A stretch of DNA of 15,754 bases from Chthonomonadales bacterium (GCA_049967475.1 JBMFSQ010000001.1:6746-22499), one strand, 5' to 3'. Numbered from the stretch's first letter, positions 1 through 7,684 are shown. Notes: generated from the letters alone by a model not told the origin. Program-made: numbers and translations.

Positions 1-1203
1 GGGTGCGGAAGTTTGCGCAGGTTGCGCTTCCACGGGAGGGACTTGAGGCGCAACCTCGCCCAGAGCACGGATGACCGGCGCGAGGCGGTCGTGACCCAGC
101 TCGAACCAATCTGTGGCAGCGACCACGTATTTGACGAGCAAACCTTCTGTGGCAAGGGCTTCTGCCGCGGTGTAGGGCAAGCCCCGTAGGAAGCCTCCTT
201 CGCCCGGCACCGCCATGCGCGCTCCCTCTCGATCCACGAACTCATGGGCGATCCAGCGCATTAGGTCCTGGGTGCTCAAGCCGGCGGCTTCGGCTGCATG
301 CTGAACCGCTTCTTCGCAGAACGTGTCGAGCTGCAGCGTTTCTTCGCTCACTTGGGCGACATGATCCATGCGCACCACGGTGTCCCCGGTATGAAGCGCC
401 CGGATTGCGCCTCTCCATGCAAGTTGCAGGTGCACGGGATCCACCTGTTCGCCGATGCGTTCCACGCGGGTTCCGGCGCTTCGCAGCTTTGTCGTGACGA
501 GGTCGCCCACGAGCTTGGATGCGGCTTCTGCCGTAATCTCCACGTTGGCTGCGCCGGCCAACTGATGCACCGATGCGAGCGCCTCGGCTCGTGTCAACGG
601 ATCCAGCGTGAAGGCGGCTCCGGCATCGAGGGGAACCCCGATGGTACGGGACGCGCCTGCAGCGCTCGGTATGTCGGCGATGTGAAGGATGCGCAGGAGC
701 GAATCCTCGGCCATTGCAGCCTGAAGCTGGTTGGCCAGTTCGGCCAGATGCTGCTGCGGCATGCTGCTCGGGAAGCCGGCCCCTTCGTCCAAAACGATTA
801 CGCGAAGCGACGGCAAAACCCCGAAGCCCGAAGGTTTGGGGCGATCTGCGAGGTACCTAGCTAACCCAAGTTTCATCCATTGGCTTGCTTCCTGAGGGTC
901 ACCGCACCAGCCGACGAATATGCGCCAAAGGAGCGGGTTGCCCGTGACGGATGCGGGCATGGGTAGAAGGGGTGCGAGGCGGACACACGGCAAGACGTCG
1001 GCCCCATCCCGTTGCAGGAGGGGAGTGATGGCTGCATTCGCTAGGGATGTCTTCCCGACGCCGCTTTCGCCCTGAAGACGCACCACCCGGTGGATGCCCA
1101 GGAGGGAGATGAGCGCGGTTGCCTGCTCACTGCGTCCCGCGAAGTGCCGGGCCTCAGCCTGCGTGTAGGGGCGGGGCCCCAAGTATCTGAGTACGCTGTT
1201 CAC
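1..1203 (-). CDS. nSTAND1-like STAND (NLR-related) P-loop NTPase, 3'-truncated at the window edge (at least 401 aa)
   Basis: Hand-translated; absent from the ORF track because there is no stop in the window. GTG at 1203 with GAGGTGA 7 nt upstream, then 401 open codons. N-terminus MNSVLRYLGPRPYTQAEARHFAGRSEQ resembles the nSTAND1 'YxGxRPF...FxGR' motif. Walker A GESGVGKT (1048-1071), Walker B-like VIVLDEG (781-801), FTLDPLTRAEA, GEQVDPVHLQL, and C-terminal WFELGHDRLAPVI (typical 'ELxHDxL'), followed by a Pro/Ala/Gln linker. Confidence 0.88.
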   Translation of the reverse strand, partial: MNSVLRYLGPRPYTQAEARHFAGRSEQATALISLLGIHRVVRLQGESGVGKTSLANAAITPLLQRDGADVLPCVRLAPLLPMPASVTGNPLLWRIFVGWCGDPQEASQWMKLGLARYLADRPKPSGFGVLPSLRVIVLDEGAGFPSSMPQQHLAELANQLQAAMAEDSLLRILHIADIPSAAGASRTIGVPLDAGAAFTLDPLTRAEALASVHQLAGAANVEITAEAASKLVGDLVTTKLRSAGTRVERIGEQVDPVHLQLAWRGAIRALHTGDTVVRMDHVAQVSEETLQLDTFCEEAVQHAAEAAGLSTQDLMRWIAHEFVDREGARMAVPGEGGFLRGLPYTAAEALATEGLLVKYVVAATDWFELGHDRLAPVIRALGEVAPQVPPVEAQPAQTSAP

Positions 1204-1248
1204 GAACGCGTCACCTCGCAAGGGATTGAATGCATGGCCCGGGAGTAC

Positions 1249-1572
1249 CTAACGGGACGTGTCCGACGGATGGAGCGGGCCCGCCGCCATGGCTGAAGGG
1301 ATGGTGCCGCCCATGTTACGGTGGAGCAGGAAAGGCACCTGCCCCTTATCATTGTGTGCTTCCGGAGGTCCGCTCGTTAGTGGTGCGGCGGCCGGCGGAG
1401 GGTCCGTTACAGTGACGATGGCGGGATGCGTGCTTCGCTTAGGCAGGCGCCATCCCATCCACGCCAATGCGGCGATGGCGGCAATGAGGAGAGCCGCCTG
1501 CGTCCGGAAGGCTCGGCTCCGGGGTTTACGGCGCGGACGGTGCAACTTCGGAGCGTCCGGTTTGGTTTGCAT
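1249..1572 (-). CDS. Small single-pass membrane protein (107 aa), hypothetical
   Basis: 3' part of track ORF 1249..1773. ATG at 1572 with GGAGG 9 nt upstream. Basic N-terminus (RPRRKPRSRAFR), hydrophobic helix (AALLIAAIAALAWMGW), Pro-rich tail. It fills the gap between the helicase and the STAND gene on the same strand and overlaps the helicase 3' end by 47 nt. Confidence 0.65.
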   Translation of the reverse strand: MQTKPDAPKLHRPRRKPRSRAFRTQAALLIAAIAALAWMGWRLPKRSTHPAIVTVTDPPPAAAPLTSGPPEAHNDKGQVPFLLHRNMGGTIPSAMAAGPLHPSDTSR

Positions 1573-3859
1573 CGAGAATGTCCTCCAACAACAACAGCGC
1601 GCCTCGCTTGTCCAGCGGTTGGTTGTTGTTGCCGCATTTGGGCGATTGCACGCAGGATGGACAACCGTCCTCGCAACGGCAGGTGCGTATCTGGTCAGTG
1701 ACCGCTCGCAACAGTTCCTCCAGCCTCTCGTAAGCGGATTTCGTGATGCCCACACCGCCCGGGTAGGCGTCATAGATGAAGATCACCGGTCCTTGTGCGT
1801 CCGGGTGGTTTGGCGCGCTGACGCCTCCAAGATCCCACCGGTCGCAGAGGGCGAGGAGAGGCATCATCCCGATGCAGGCATGCTCCGCGGCGTGGAGGGA
1901 TCCTGCCAGGTCAGCGTTTCCCTCTACCAGGCGCTGGACCGTTGCGGTGAGCGGCGTGATCCACACGGCCTCCGTTTCGTAAGATTGCTGAGGGAGCTCC
2001 AGTGTGGTGACCCCAAGCACCCTGCCGGAATGGAGTTCCTTTGTGGTGAAGCCGTGGACCTGCACGGTCACCAAAACGTCGCCAAAGGACGCTTGAGCCT
2101 GCGCCAGGGGGCGGCTCGCACGCTGTGCCAGTACGGCGATCCGCACGCTTTCCAAAGGATCGGTGTAATACGGCAGGTTTTCACGATGCACCACCGCTAC
2201 GTGCATGGCTTCATCAAGTGCATCCACCAGATAAGTATCGCCTTGGTGCAGATAGACCGCGCCTGGATGAGCGGTATGGTATACGCGCTCTGCCTCGATT
2301 ACGCCCAGTACGGGTCCCGATGCGCTTCCTTCCCGAATTTCGTACGCTTCGGAGCTTGCGGAACGGATATTGATGGAGTGGGCAGGGCTTTCAGGCTGCG
2401 TGGAATACCAGGCTCCGTTCCGACAGACTATGGCTCCTTCAGCTTCGAGGCACCTCAGGACTTCGCCGGCATTCTCTCCAAATAGGGCAAGGTCGCCCGA
2501 AGTAATCGGCTTCTCTGAAGCGGCACAACGAAGGTGCTGCTCCAGGATGCGCGCGTTCCCGGGGTCGAGCACCGCGCGTTCGCGGGGTCGGCCGAAGAAG
2601 TACTCCGGATGGCGCATGAGGTATTGGTCCAACGGATCATCCCGCGCGACGAGTATGGAGAGTGCATCTTTAGTGCCGCGCCCCGCTCTTCCCGCCTGCT
2701 GCCAGGCGGCCGCTATGGTTCCCGGGTATCCTGCGAGCACTGTAGCATCCAAGGATCCTACGTCTACTCCCAATTCCATGGCGCTGGTGGCCACCACGCC
2801 GAGTAGGCGTCCCTCGAAGAGCCCTTGTTCGATGCTGCGCCGTTCTTGCGGCGTGTACCCCGCCCGATACGCGGCGATATACTCCCGGCATGCGGGGTCT
2901 TCACGGGCGAGAGCATCCCTGGCATATTTGGCGATGAGTTCCACACTTTTGCGGGCGCCGGCAAAGACGAGGCTCCGTGCCCCTGCGCGGGCCAGGCCCG
3001 ACAGGATCTGCGCCGCTTCCGTATGGACGCTCCGGCGTTCACCAGCCTTGCCCAGCAGGGGCGGGTTCCAGAATACGAACGTGCGCCTGCCGTGGGGAGC
3101 GCCGTCCTTGTCCAGGACGAGGGCGTCCAGACCTGTGAGGAGTTTCATCAGCTCTACCGGGTTGCCTACGGTGGCGGATGTTGCGATGAAAACCGGCTGG
3201 CTGCCGTATTGCGCGCATGTGCGGCGCAAGCGCCTCAGGACCTGGGCTACGTGGCATCCGAAGACGCCGCGGTAGGAGTGGATTTCGTCTATCACCACGT
3301 ATTTCAGGTTGCGCAGGAACTGAGCCCATCCGGTGTGGTACGGCAGGATGCCCATGTGGAGCATGTCGGGGTTGGTGAGGATGATGTGCGCTCCTTTGCG
3401 AATGGCGGCGCGTTCATGCCGAGGTGTGTCTCCATCGTACGTGGCATGGCGTATGTGGGGGAAGAAGCCGAAGTCATCCAACTTGCCAAGCTGATCTTGT
3501 GCTAGGGCCTTGATAGGATACAGATAAAGGGCGCGATTTCGAGGGTCGTTCAAAAGAGAGTGGAGGACCGGCAGGTTGAAGCACAGGGTCTTGCCGCTGG
3601 CGGTTCCTGTAGTGAGGATGAGGTGTCTGCCCGCGAGAGCGTGCGACACGGCGGCAGCCTGGTGGGAATAGAGTTTGCGGATGCCCAAGGCGCGAAGCCG
3701 TTCCACCAGGCGGGGGTGCAAGACGGGCTCTTCAGTGGGATACTCCGGCGCACAAGGAGGGATGTGCTCCACGTGAACGATGCGCGAATGATCGGTGGAT
3801 CCGTCAGGGTGGCGGAATTGCTCCTCGAGAAAGGCCAGGAGTTCGCCTGCGTTCATCAT
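1526..3859 (-). CDS. DExH-box SF2 helicase with C-terminal DUF1998 Zn-binding domain (MrfA/YprA/SftH/Hrq1 family)
   Basis: LYSHQ Q-motif, TGTASGKT (I), YPIKALAQDQ (Ia), DEIH (II), SAT (III), ATSAMELGVDVG (V), QQAGRAGR (VI). C-terminal LHAAEHA...IYDAYPGGVG...CRCEDGCPSC is the DUF1998 signature. Start overlaps the tatC stop (ATGA). Confidence 0.95.
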   Translation of the reverse strand: MMNAGELLAFLEEQFRHPDGSTDHSRIVHVEHIPPCAPEYPTEEPVLHPRLVERLRALGIRKLYSHQAAAVSHALAGRHLILTTGTASGKTLCFNLPVLHSLLNDPRNRALYLYPIKALAQDQLGKLDDFGFFPHIRHATYDGDTPRHERAAIRKGAHIILTNPDMLHMGILPYHTGWAQFLRNLKYVVIDEIHSYRGVFGCHVAQVLRRLRRTCAQYGSQPVFIATSATVGNPVELMKLLTGLDALVLDKDGAPHGRRTFVFWNPPLLGKAGERRSVHTEAAQILSGLARAGARSLVFAGARKSVELIAKYARDALAREDPACREYIAAYRAGYTPQERRSIEQGLFEGRLLGVVATSAMELGVDVGSLDATVLAGYPGTIAAAWQQAGRAGRGTKDALSILVARDDPLDQYLMRHPEYFFGRPRERAVLDPGNARILEQHLRCAASEKPITSGDLALFGENAGEVLRCLEAEGAIVCRNGAWYSTQPESPAHSINIRSASSEAYEIREGSASGPVLGVIEAERVYHTAHPGAVYLHQGDTYLVDALDEAMHVAVVHRENLPYYTDPLESVRIAVLAQRASRPLAQAQASFGDVLVTVQVHGFTTKELHSGRVLGVTTLELPQQSYETEAVWITPLTATVQRLVEGNADLAGSLHAAEHACIGMMPLLALCDRWDLGGVSAPNHPDAQGPVIFIYDAYPGGVGITKSAYERLEELLRAVTDQIRTCRCEDGCPSCVQSPKCGNNNQPLDKRGALLLLEDILDANQTGRSEVAPSAP

Positions 3860-4641
3860 GGGCTCTTGGCGCGCTTCCGTTCTACGAGCTGCACCAGCCA
3901 GATGCTGCCGATATAGAGGCCGATCACTGGGATGATCATCATGAGCATGGTAAAGGCATCGTTGGAAGGGGTTACGAACAGACCCACCACCGAGATGCCT
4001 ACCACGGCTGTGCGCCAGCTCTTCTTCATACTCTCCGAGCGGAGGATGCCTACCCAGGCAAGGAACATCAGAACAACGGGAAGCTGGAAGACCACTCCGA
4101 AGGCGGCCATCATTTTGAGCATAAAGAGCACGTAGGACTTAGGATCTTGATACAGCACGCCGTGCGGGAACCAGCTTACATAGCTGACGAACCAACCGAT
4201 AGCGAACCGGGCCACCCAGTATGCCAGGACTACGCCTCCAGCGAAGAGCACCACGGACATCGGCGCGATCCAACGGAGAGGTTTTTTCTCCTCGCGTGTG
4301 AGAGCGGGGGCAATGAAGCCCCATGCCTCAGCGGTAACGAGCGGCGCCATCACAATGAGGCCCGCTACGATGGACACCTGCAGCACCACGAAGAAGGGCT
4401 GAGTAAAGTGGTTGAAGACGATGCGCCATTCCACATGCCCGGTTAAGGCTGTGGCCATAGGGCGGAAGAGGAAGCCGTAGATCGGTTCGAAGTAGAAGTA
4501 GCAGATCGTGGCTCCTACTGCCACGTAGAGGATGCTGCGGATGATGCGGGCGCGCAGTTCCGCCAGGTGCTCGGTGAGCTCCAGGCGCTTTTCTTCATCT
4601 TCTTCGCTTCGCCGTTTGGCTACTTCGGATGCGACGGCCAA
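3856..4641 (-). CDS. tatC: Twin-arginine translocase subunit TatC
   Basis: LTEHLAELRARI, WGFIAPALTREE, GVVFQLP and TPSND motifs with six hydrophobic segments. Start moved from track position 4719 to the in-frame TTG at 4641 (GGGAG 8 nt upstream), giving a typical 261 aa; exact start uncertain. Confidence 0.95.
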   Translation of the reverse strand: MAVASEVAKRRSEEDEEKRLELTEHLAELRARIIRSILYVAVGATICYFYFEPIYGFLFRPMATALTGHVEWRIVFNHFTQPFFVVLQVSIVAGLIVMAPLVTAEAWGFIAPALTREEKKPLRWIAPMSVVLFAGGVVLAYWVARFAIGWFVSYVSWFPHGVLYQDPKSYVLFMLKMMAAFGVVFQLPVVLMFLAWVGILRSESMKKSWRTAVVGISVVGLFVTPSNDAFTMLMMIIPVIGLYIGSIWLVQLVERKRAKSP

Positions 4642-4722
4642 GGTGCGCGCTCCCAATCTAAACGGGCTCACGGCGAGCCGGGTCAACGCTAATACGAACA
4701 AGCGGATCATCAGCCACAAGGC

Positions 4723-4757
4723 GCGGGCGCCGCGGCGCTATGGACCGTGGCGCCCGC
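4723..4757. terminator. GC-rich stem-loop between the exported-protein gene and tatC (possible terminator, attenuator or stabilising hairpin)
   Basis: GCGGGCGCCGCGG (4723-4735) pairs with CCGTGGCGCCCGC (4745-4757), 12/13 Watson-Crick, 9-nt loop. No strong U-tract on the coding (-) strand. Confidence 0.45.
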
Positions 4758-4802
4758 CGTTAATCCTGATTAGGTGCCGCATCTACACGAGCTGGTGGGT
4801 GG

Positions 4803-6416
4803 CTAATCCTCGCCTTTGCGCTCCAGCTCTGCGACGTACGTGGATTTGAGCGTAATCTGGCTTGTAGCTTCCGGTTGGCGCGGGCCGGTAAATCCGCCGG
4901 AAGGCATTCCACCGCGGTAACCCGGCATAAAGCCCGGCCCTCCAGGCATCATGCGGCCCGGGCCGCTCACCATACCGCCGTAGCGACGACCCGCTCTGCG
5001 CCCGCCACCGGAATAGGCTCCAGCGGCACCCGGCATACCGGGCGGTCCGTAACCACCCTGTTGCATGTATTGCCGCATGTATTGCATGTATCCGGCCTGA
5101 CCGGCGCCACCGGGCATCCCAGGCATCTCACCGCCTTCACCCCCAGGGCCGCCCATTCCCATGGCGCCGTAGGGACCCGTCATCATGCCGCCCGTCATAC
5201 CGGGGGGAATGCCCCCAACGCCACCAGCCAGGCTCCCGGCCACAGGCGCACTGGCCGTTTTCCCCGTTACCTGCAGTGTGCGGTCCACACGAACAAGAGT
5301 GCCCGACCGATATGCAAGATAGATATCCCGCTCGTACTTGATCTGGGGGCTGAGGATCTCGGTGGTTCCGAACGTTAGTGATTTCTCTTTGAAGCCGCCG
5401 GATGAGCTGTCGTACACTTGGTGGATCTTTGCCGTTGGGTACCCGTCCTGCCACTCGATATCCTGGAGGGTGCTTGTGAGTGTTACCCTAGGTTGCTTGT
5501 CGGGCGGAGTACCGGGGATATCCAGCCTTTGCCCTTCCGTGCGCCAGGTGTCGCCGATGCGCTTGGGTTCCACGGGAAGCAGCGGAAGTTCCAAAGTGGT
5601 CTCTACAGGGATGCCGAGTTGAGCAAACTGGTCGAAGCTGAACGTGGCATTCTGGTAGAGAACCCGGCCCAGCGGATCAACCTGCTGGTACAGGGATTGA
5701 GGAAGCTCATCGGAGGGATAGGTAGTCTCTTGCCCGCCTTGGCGTACGGTAAGCTCTTCGATCTTGTTGCGGACGATGGCTTGATCATTGGGATATACAT
5801 CTTCTACGGCGAAGAGGAGCTTGCTCTTTTGTGCCACGAGTTCCTGTTCGCCGGTGCCTCCCAGTCCTTGGGTTAGACCGGCTACCACGGAGGTTGCGCC
5901 GCGGCGGAGGTAGGTGCGGTTGGTGGCATCCGGGTATTTATATCGCAGGAGAATGGGGCCGGGATCCACATTCAGCTTGTTGGCCACAATCACTTTGACG
6001 GAAGTCGTTTGACGGGCCACGGATCCTCCGGATGTGCCGCCTTTGGGAACGTACAGAGTGGCGGAGATCTCGTGTTCTCCATCTGCCACGGGCTTGGGTT
6101 CTACGCTGCCCCGCACCTGCATGGGCTGCTTCGTGTCCCAGATGTAGATGAACTGAGCGCCTGGCTTTGCGCGGGCGCGTTCCTCATCCGTGGGGGCTAC
6201 CGCCACGCGGAATTGGCCGTCTATGCTGTAGGCTACATAGGCGCCTTCCGGGATGCTTGCAAGGGGTATCTCGATCCGAACCTTCTCGCGCACTGTGGCG
6301 CCGTCCGGCGGGCGCCTGATGGTGAACGGAGCCTCGTTCTGGGCGCTCGCAAGCGCCGCCGAGGCAACGCCCAAGCACAGCGCGCCACCAACGACGAGCA
6401 ATCTACGTGCTTGCAT
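4803..6416 (-). CDS. Exported hypothetical protein (537 aa): signal peptide, Ig-like beta domain, second beta-rich domain, Gly/Met/Pro low-complexity insert
   Basis: ATG at 6416 preceded by AGGAGG and a promoter, preferred over track start 6443. Signal MQARRLLVVGGALCLGVASAALASA|Q. The pattern 'PPDGATV...YIWDT...DGEHEISATLY...SVKVIVAN' is reminiscent of bacterial Ig-like domains (inference). G/M/P-rich segment near the C-terminus. Confidence 0.85.
   Translation of the reverse strand: MQARRLLVVGGALCLGVASAALASAQNEAPFTIRRPPDGATVREKVRIEIPLASIPEGAYVAYSIDGQFRVAVAPTDEERARAKPGAQFIYIWDTKQPMQVRGSVEPKPVADGEHEISATLYVPKGGTSGGSVARQTTSVKVIVANKLNVDPGPILLRYKYPDATNRTYLRRGATSVVAGLTQGLGGTGEQELVAQKSKLLFAVEDVYPNDQAIVRNKIEELTVRQGGQETTYPSDELPQSLYQQVDPLGRVLYQNATFSFDQFAQLGIPVETTLELPLLPVEPKRIGDTWRTEGQRLDIPGTPPDKQPRVTLTSTLQDIEWQDGYPTAKIHQVYDSSSGGFKEKSLTFGTTEILSPQIKYERDIYLAYRSGTLVRVDRTLQVTGKTASAPVAGSLAGGVGGIPPGMTGGMMTGPYGAMGMGGPGGEGGEMPGMPGGAGQAGYMQYMRQYMQQGGYGPPGMPGAAGAYSGGGRRAGRRYGGMVSGPGRMMPGGPGFMPGYRGGMPSGGFTGPRQPEATSQITLKSTYVAELERKGED
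5061..5091. repeat. Short imperfect tandem repeat (GCATGTAT x3) encoding YMQ-YMRQ-YMQ
   Basis: ttGCATGTATtgccGCATGTATtGCATGTAT read directly; lies inside the low-complexity coding segment. Confidence 0.7.
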
Positions 6417-6455
6417 CGGCACAATCCCTCCTGCTTCCACCACGCTTCGATTGTC

Positions 6456-6484
6456 AGTGTATCATGGGCCGGAACAAAAGTCAA
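6456..6484 (-). promoter_or_regulatory. Sigma70-type promoter for the leftward run
   Basis: On the - strand, TTGACT-17 nt-TACACT with a TGn extended -10 (TGA-TACACT), about 40 nt upstream of ATG 6416. Confidence 0.75.
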
Positions 6485-6505
6485 CTGGAGGCCGCGGCTT
6501 TCGCA

Positions 6506-6535
6506 TTGACAGGCTGCGCCTCCTTCTTGTACACT
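6506..6535 (+). promoter_or_regulatory. Sigma70-type promoter for the aldo/keto reductase
   Basis: TTGACA (6506-6511), 18-nt spacer, TACACT (6530-6535). RBS GAGGT before ATG 6585. Confidence 0.7.
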
Positions 6536-6584
6536 TTAGACGTGTGAATGTTATCGTGAGTTACCCGAGCGCAAGAGGTGTCGC

Positions 6585-7604
6585 ATGAAGGTACGGAATT
6601 TGGGATCTACCGGGTTGCAAGTGTCCGCCGTTGGCTTTGGCGTGTGGACGGTGTCTACGCCGATGTGGGGGATCACGGACAAAGATTACGGTATCCGCCT
6701 TTTGCGGCGTGCGTTGGATCTAGGCATCACCTTTTTCGACACCGCGGATGTTTACGGCGACGGTTTGGGTGAAACGATGTTGCGGGAGGCCTTTGGCTCC
6801 CAGCGGCGCCAGATTGTGATTGCCACGAAGTTCGGATACGATTTCTACAACTATCCCGGCCTGCAGCCGGGCCAGCGCGAACGGCCGCAAGATTGGAGCC
6901 CGGCCTTCTTGCGCAAAGCCGTGGAAATGAGTTTGAAGCGCCTGGGCACGGACCACATAGACCTGTACCAGCTCCACAATCCTCGGATGGACGCCCTTTT
7001 GCGGGACGATCTTTGGGAAGAGTTGGATGCTTTGAGGGCTGAGGGAAAGATCCGAGCCGTGGGAGCGGCTTTGGGGCCTGCCCTCAAACCCGAGCGCCAG
7101 TGCGATGAGGGCATCGCGGCCATCCGCCGGCGCCGCGCCATTCCGCAGATCATCTACAACCTGCTGGAGCAGCCTCTGGGCGAAGCCATCTTTCCTGTGG
7201 CCAGGGCCGAGGGCGTGCCCGTCATCACCCGGGTGCCTCATGCCTCCGGATTGCTGGAAGGCCACTTCGACGAGACAACTTCCTTCGCTCCCAACGACCA
7301 TAGGTATCATCGCGTCACCACAGAGAGTGGGCGCAAAGCGTGGCTTCTTGACGGCCTCAAGAAATTGGAAAAGCTGGAGTTCCTTACCGCAGGCGGCGCG
7401 CGAACCATGGGGCAGGCCGCCATTCAATTCATCCTTGCGGAACCGTCGGTAGCCTCGGTACTTCCCAACATTTACAACGAGGAACAACTGAAGGAATTTG
7501 CATCGGCGCCGGACACGCCGGCCATCACGGCGGACGAATATGCCCGCATCCAGCAATTGTACGCCAGGAACTTCGATCTGGATGCCGAAGCTGCTGCGGT
7601 ATAG
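6585..7604 (+). CDS. Aldo/keto reductase
   Basis: [23 protein letters not shown] (catalytic Asp/Tyr), IATKFG (Lys), [18 protein letters not shown] (His), GKIRAVG, YNLLEQ. Confidence 0.96.
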   Translation: MKVRNLGSTGLQVSAVGFGVWTVSTPMWGITDKDYGIRLLRRALDLGITFFDTADVYGDGLGETMLREAFGSQRRQIVIATKFGYDFYNYPGLQPGQRERPQDWSPAFLRKAVEMSLKRLGTDHIDLYQLHNPRMDALLRDDLWEELDALRAEGKIRAVGAALGPALKPERQCDEGIAAIRRRRAIPQIIYNLLEQPLGEAIFPVARAEGVPVITRVPHASGLLEGHFDETTSFAPNDHRYHRVTTESGRKAWLLDGLKKLEKLEFLTAGGARTMGQAAIQFILAEPSVASVLPNIYNEEQLKEFASAPDTPAITADEYARIQQLYARNFDLDAEAAAV

Positions 7605-7655
7605 GCGGCGACTGTCTCGTCTGCGGGCGCGTGGGGAACCGGGTGCTGCATGCCG

Positions 7656-7684
7656 TAGTCCATTCCATTGATGGAGGGTACAAT
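7656..7684 (+). promoter_or_regulatory. Putative promoter for WD40-chdC-tilS
   Basis: TAGTCC-17 nt-TACAAT in the 148-nt intergenic gap; the spacer contains the inverted repeat TCCAT-TG-ATGGA (7664-7675). Confidence 0.45.

Noticed and set aside
298..864. 188-aa + strand ORF, and small + ORFs at 1090-1415
   Set aside because: Antisense shadows of the motif-bearing STAND gene and the small TM gene; no recognisable features.
1573..1773. N-terminal extension of track ORF 1249..1773
   Set aside because: Overlaps the conserved DUF1998 coding region in another frame; the RBS supports ATG 1572.
1259..3505. Long + strand ORFs (408, 301 and 226 aa)
   Set aside because: Antisense to the clearly identified helicase; long shadow ORFs are expected in GC-rich DNA.
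1526..3859. Calling the helicase a DISARM or Druantia component
   Set aside because: Size and single-chain helicase + DUF1998 layout fit MrfA/SftH; no methylase, PLD nuclease or other partner genes in the window.
4642..4802. Possible hidden tatA/tatB upstream of tatC
   Set aside because: No start followed by a TM helix, FG hinge and amphipathic helix pattern found.
6543..6558. TGTGA-N6-TCGTG resembling a CRP or Rex operator
   Set aside because: Only the left half-site matches; the right half is poor.
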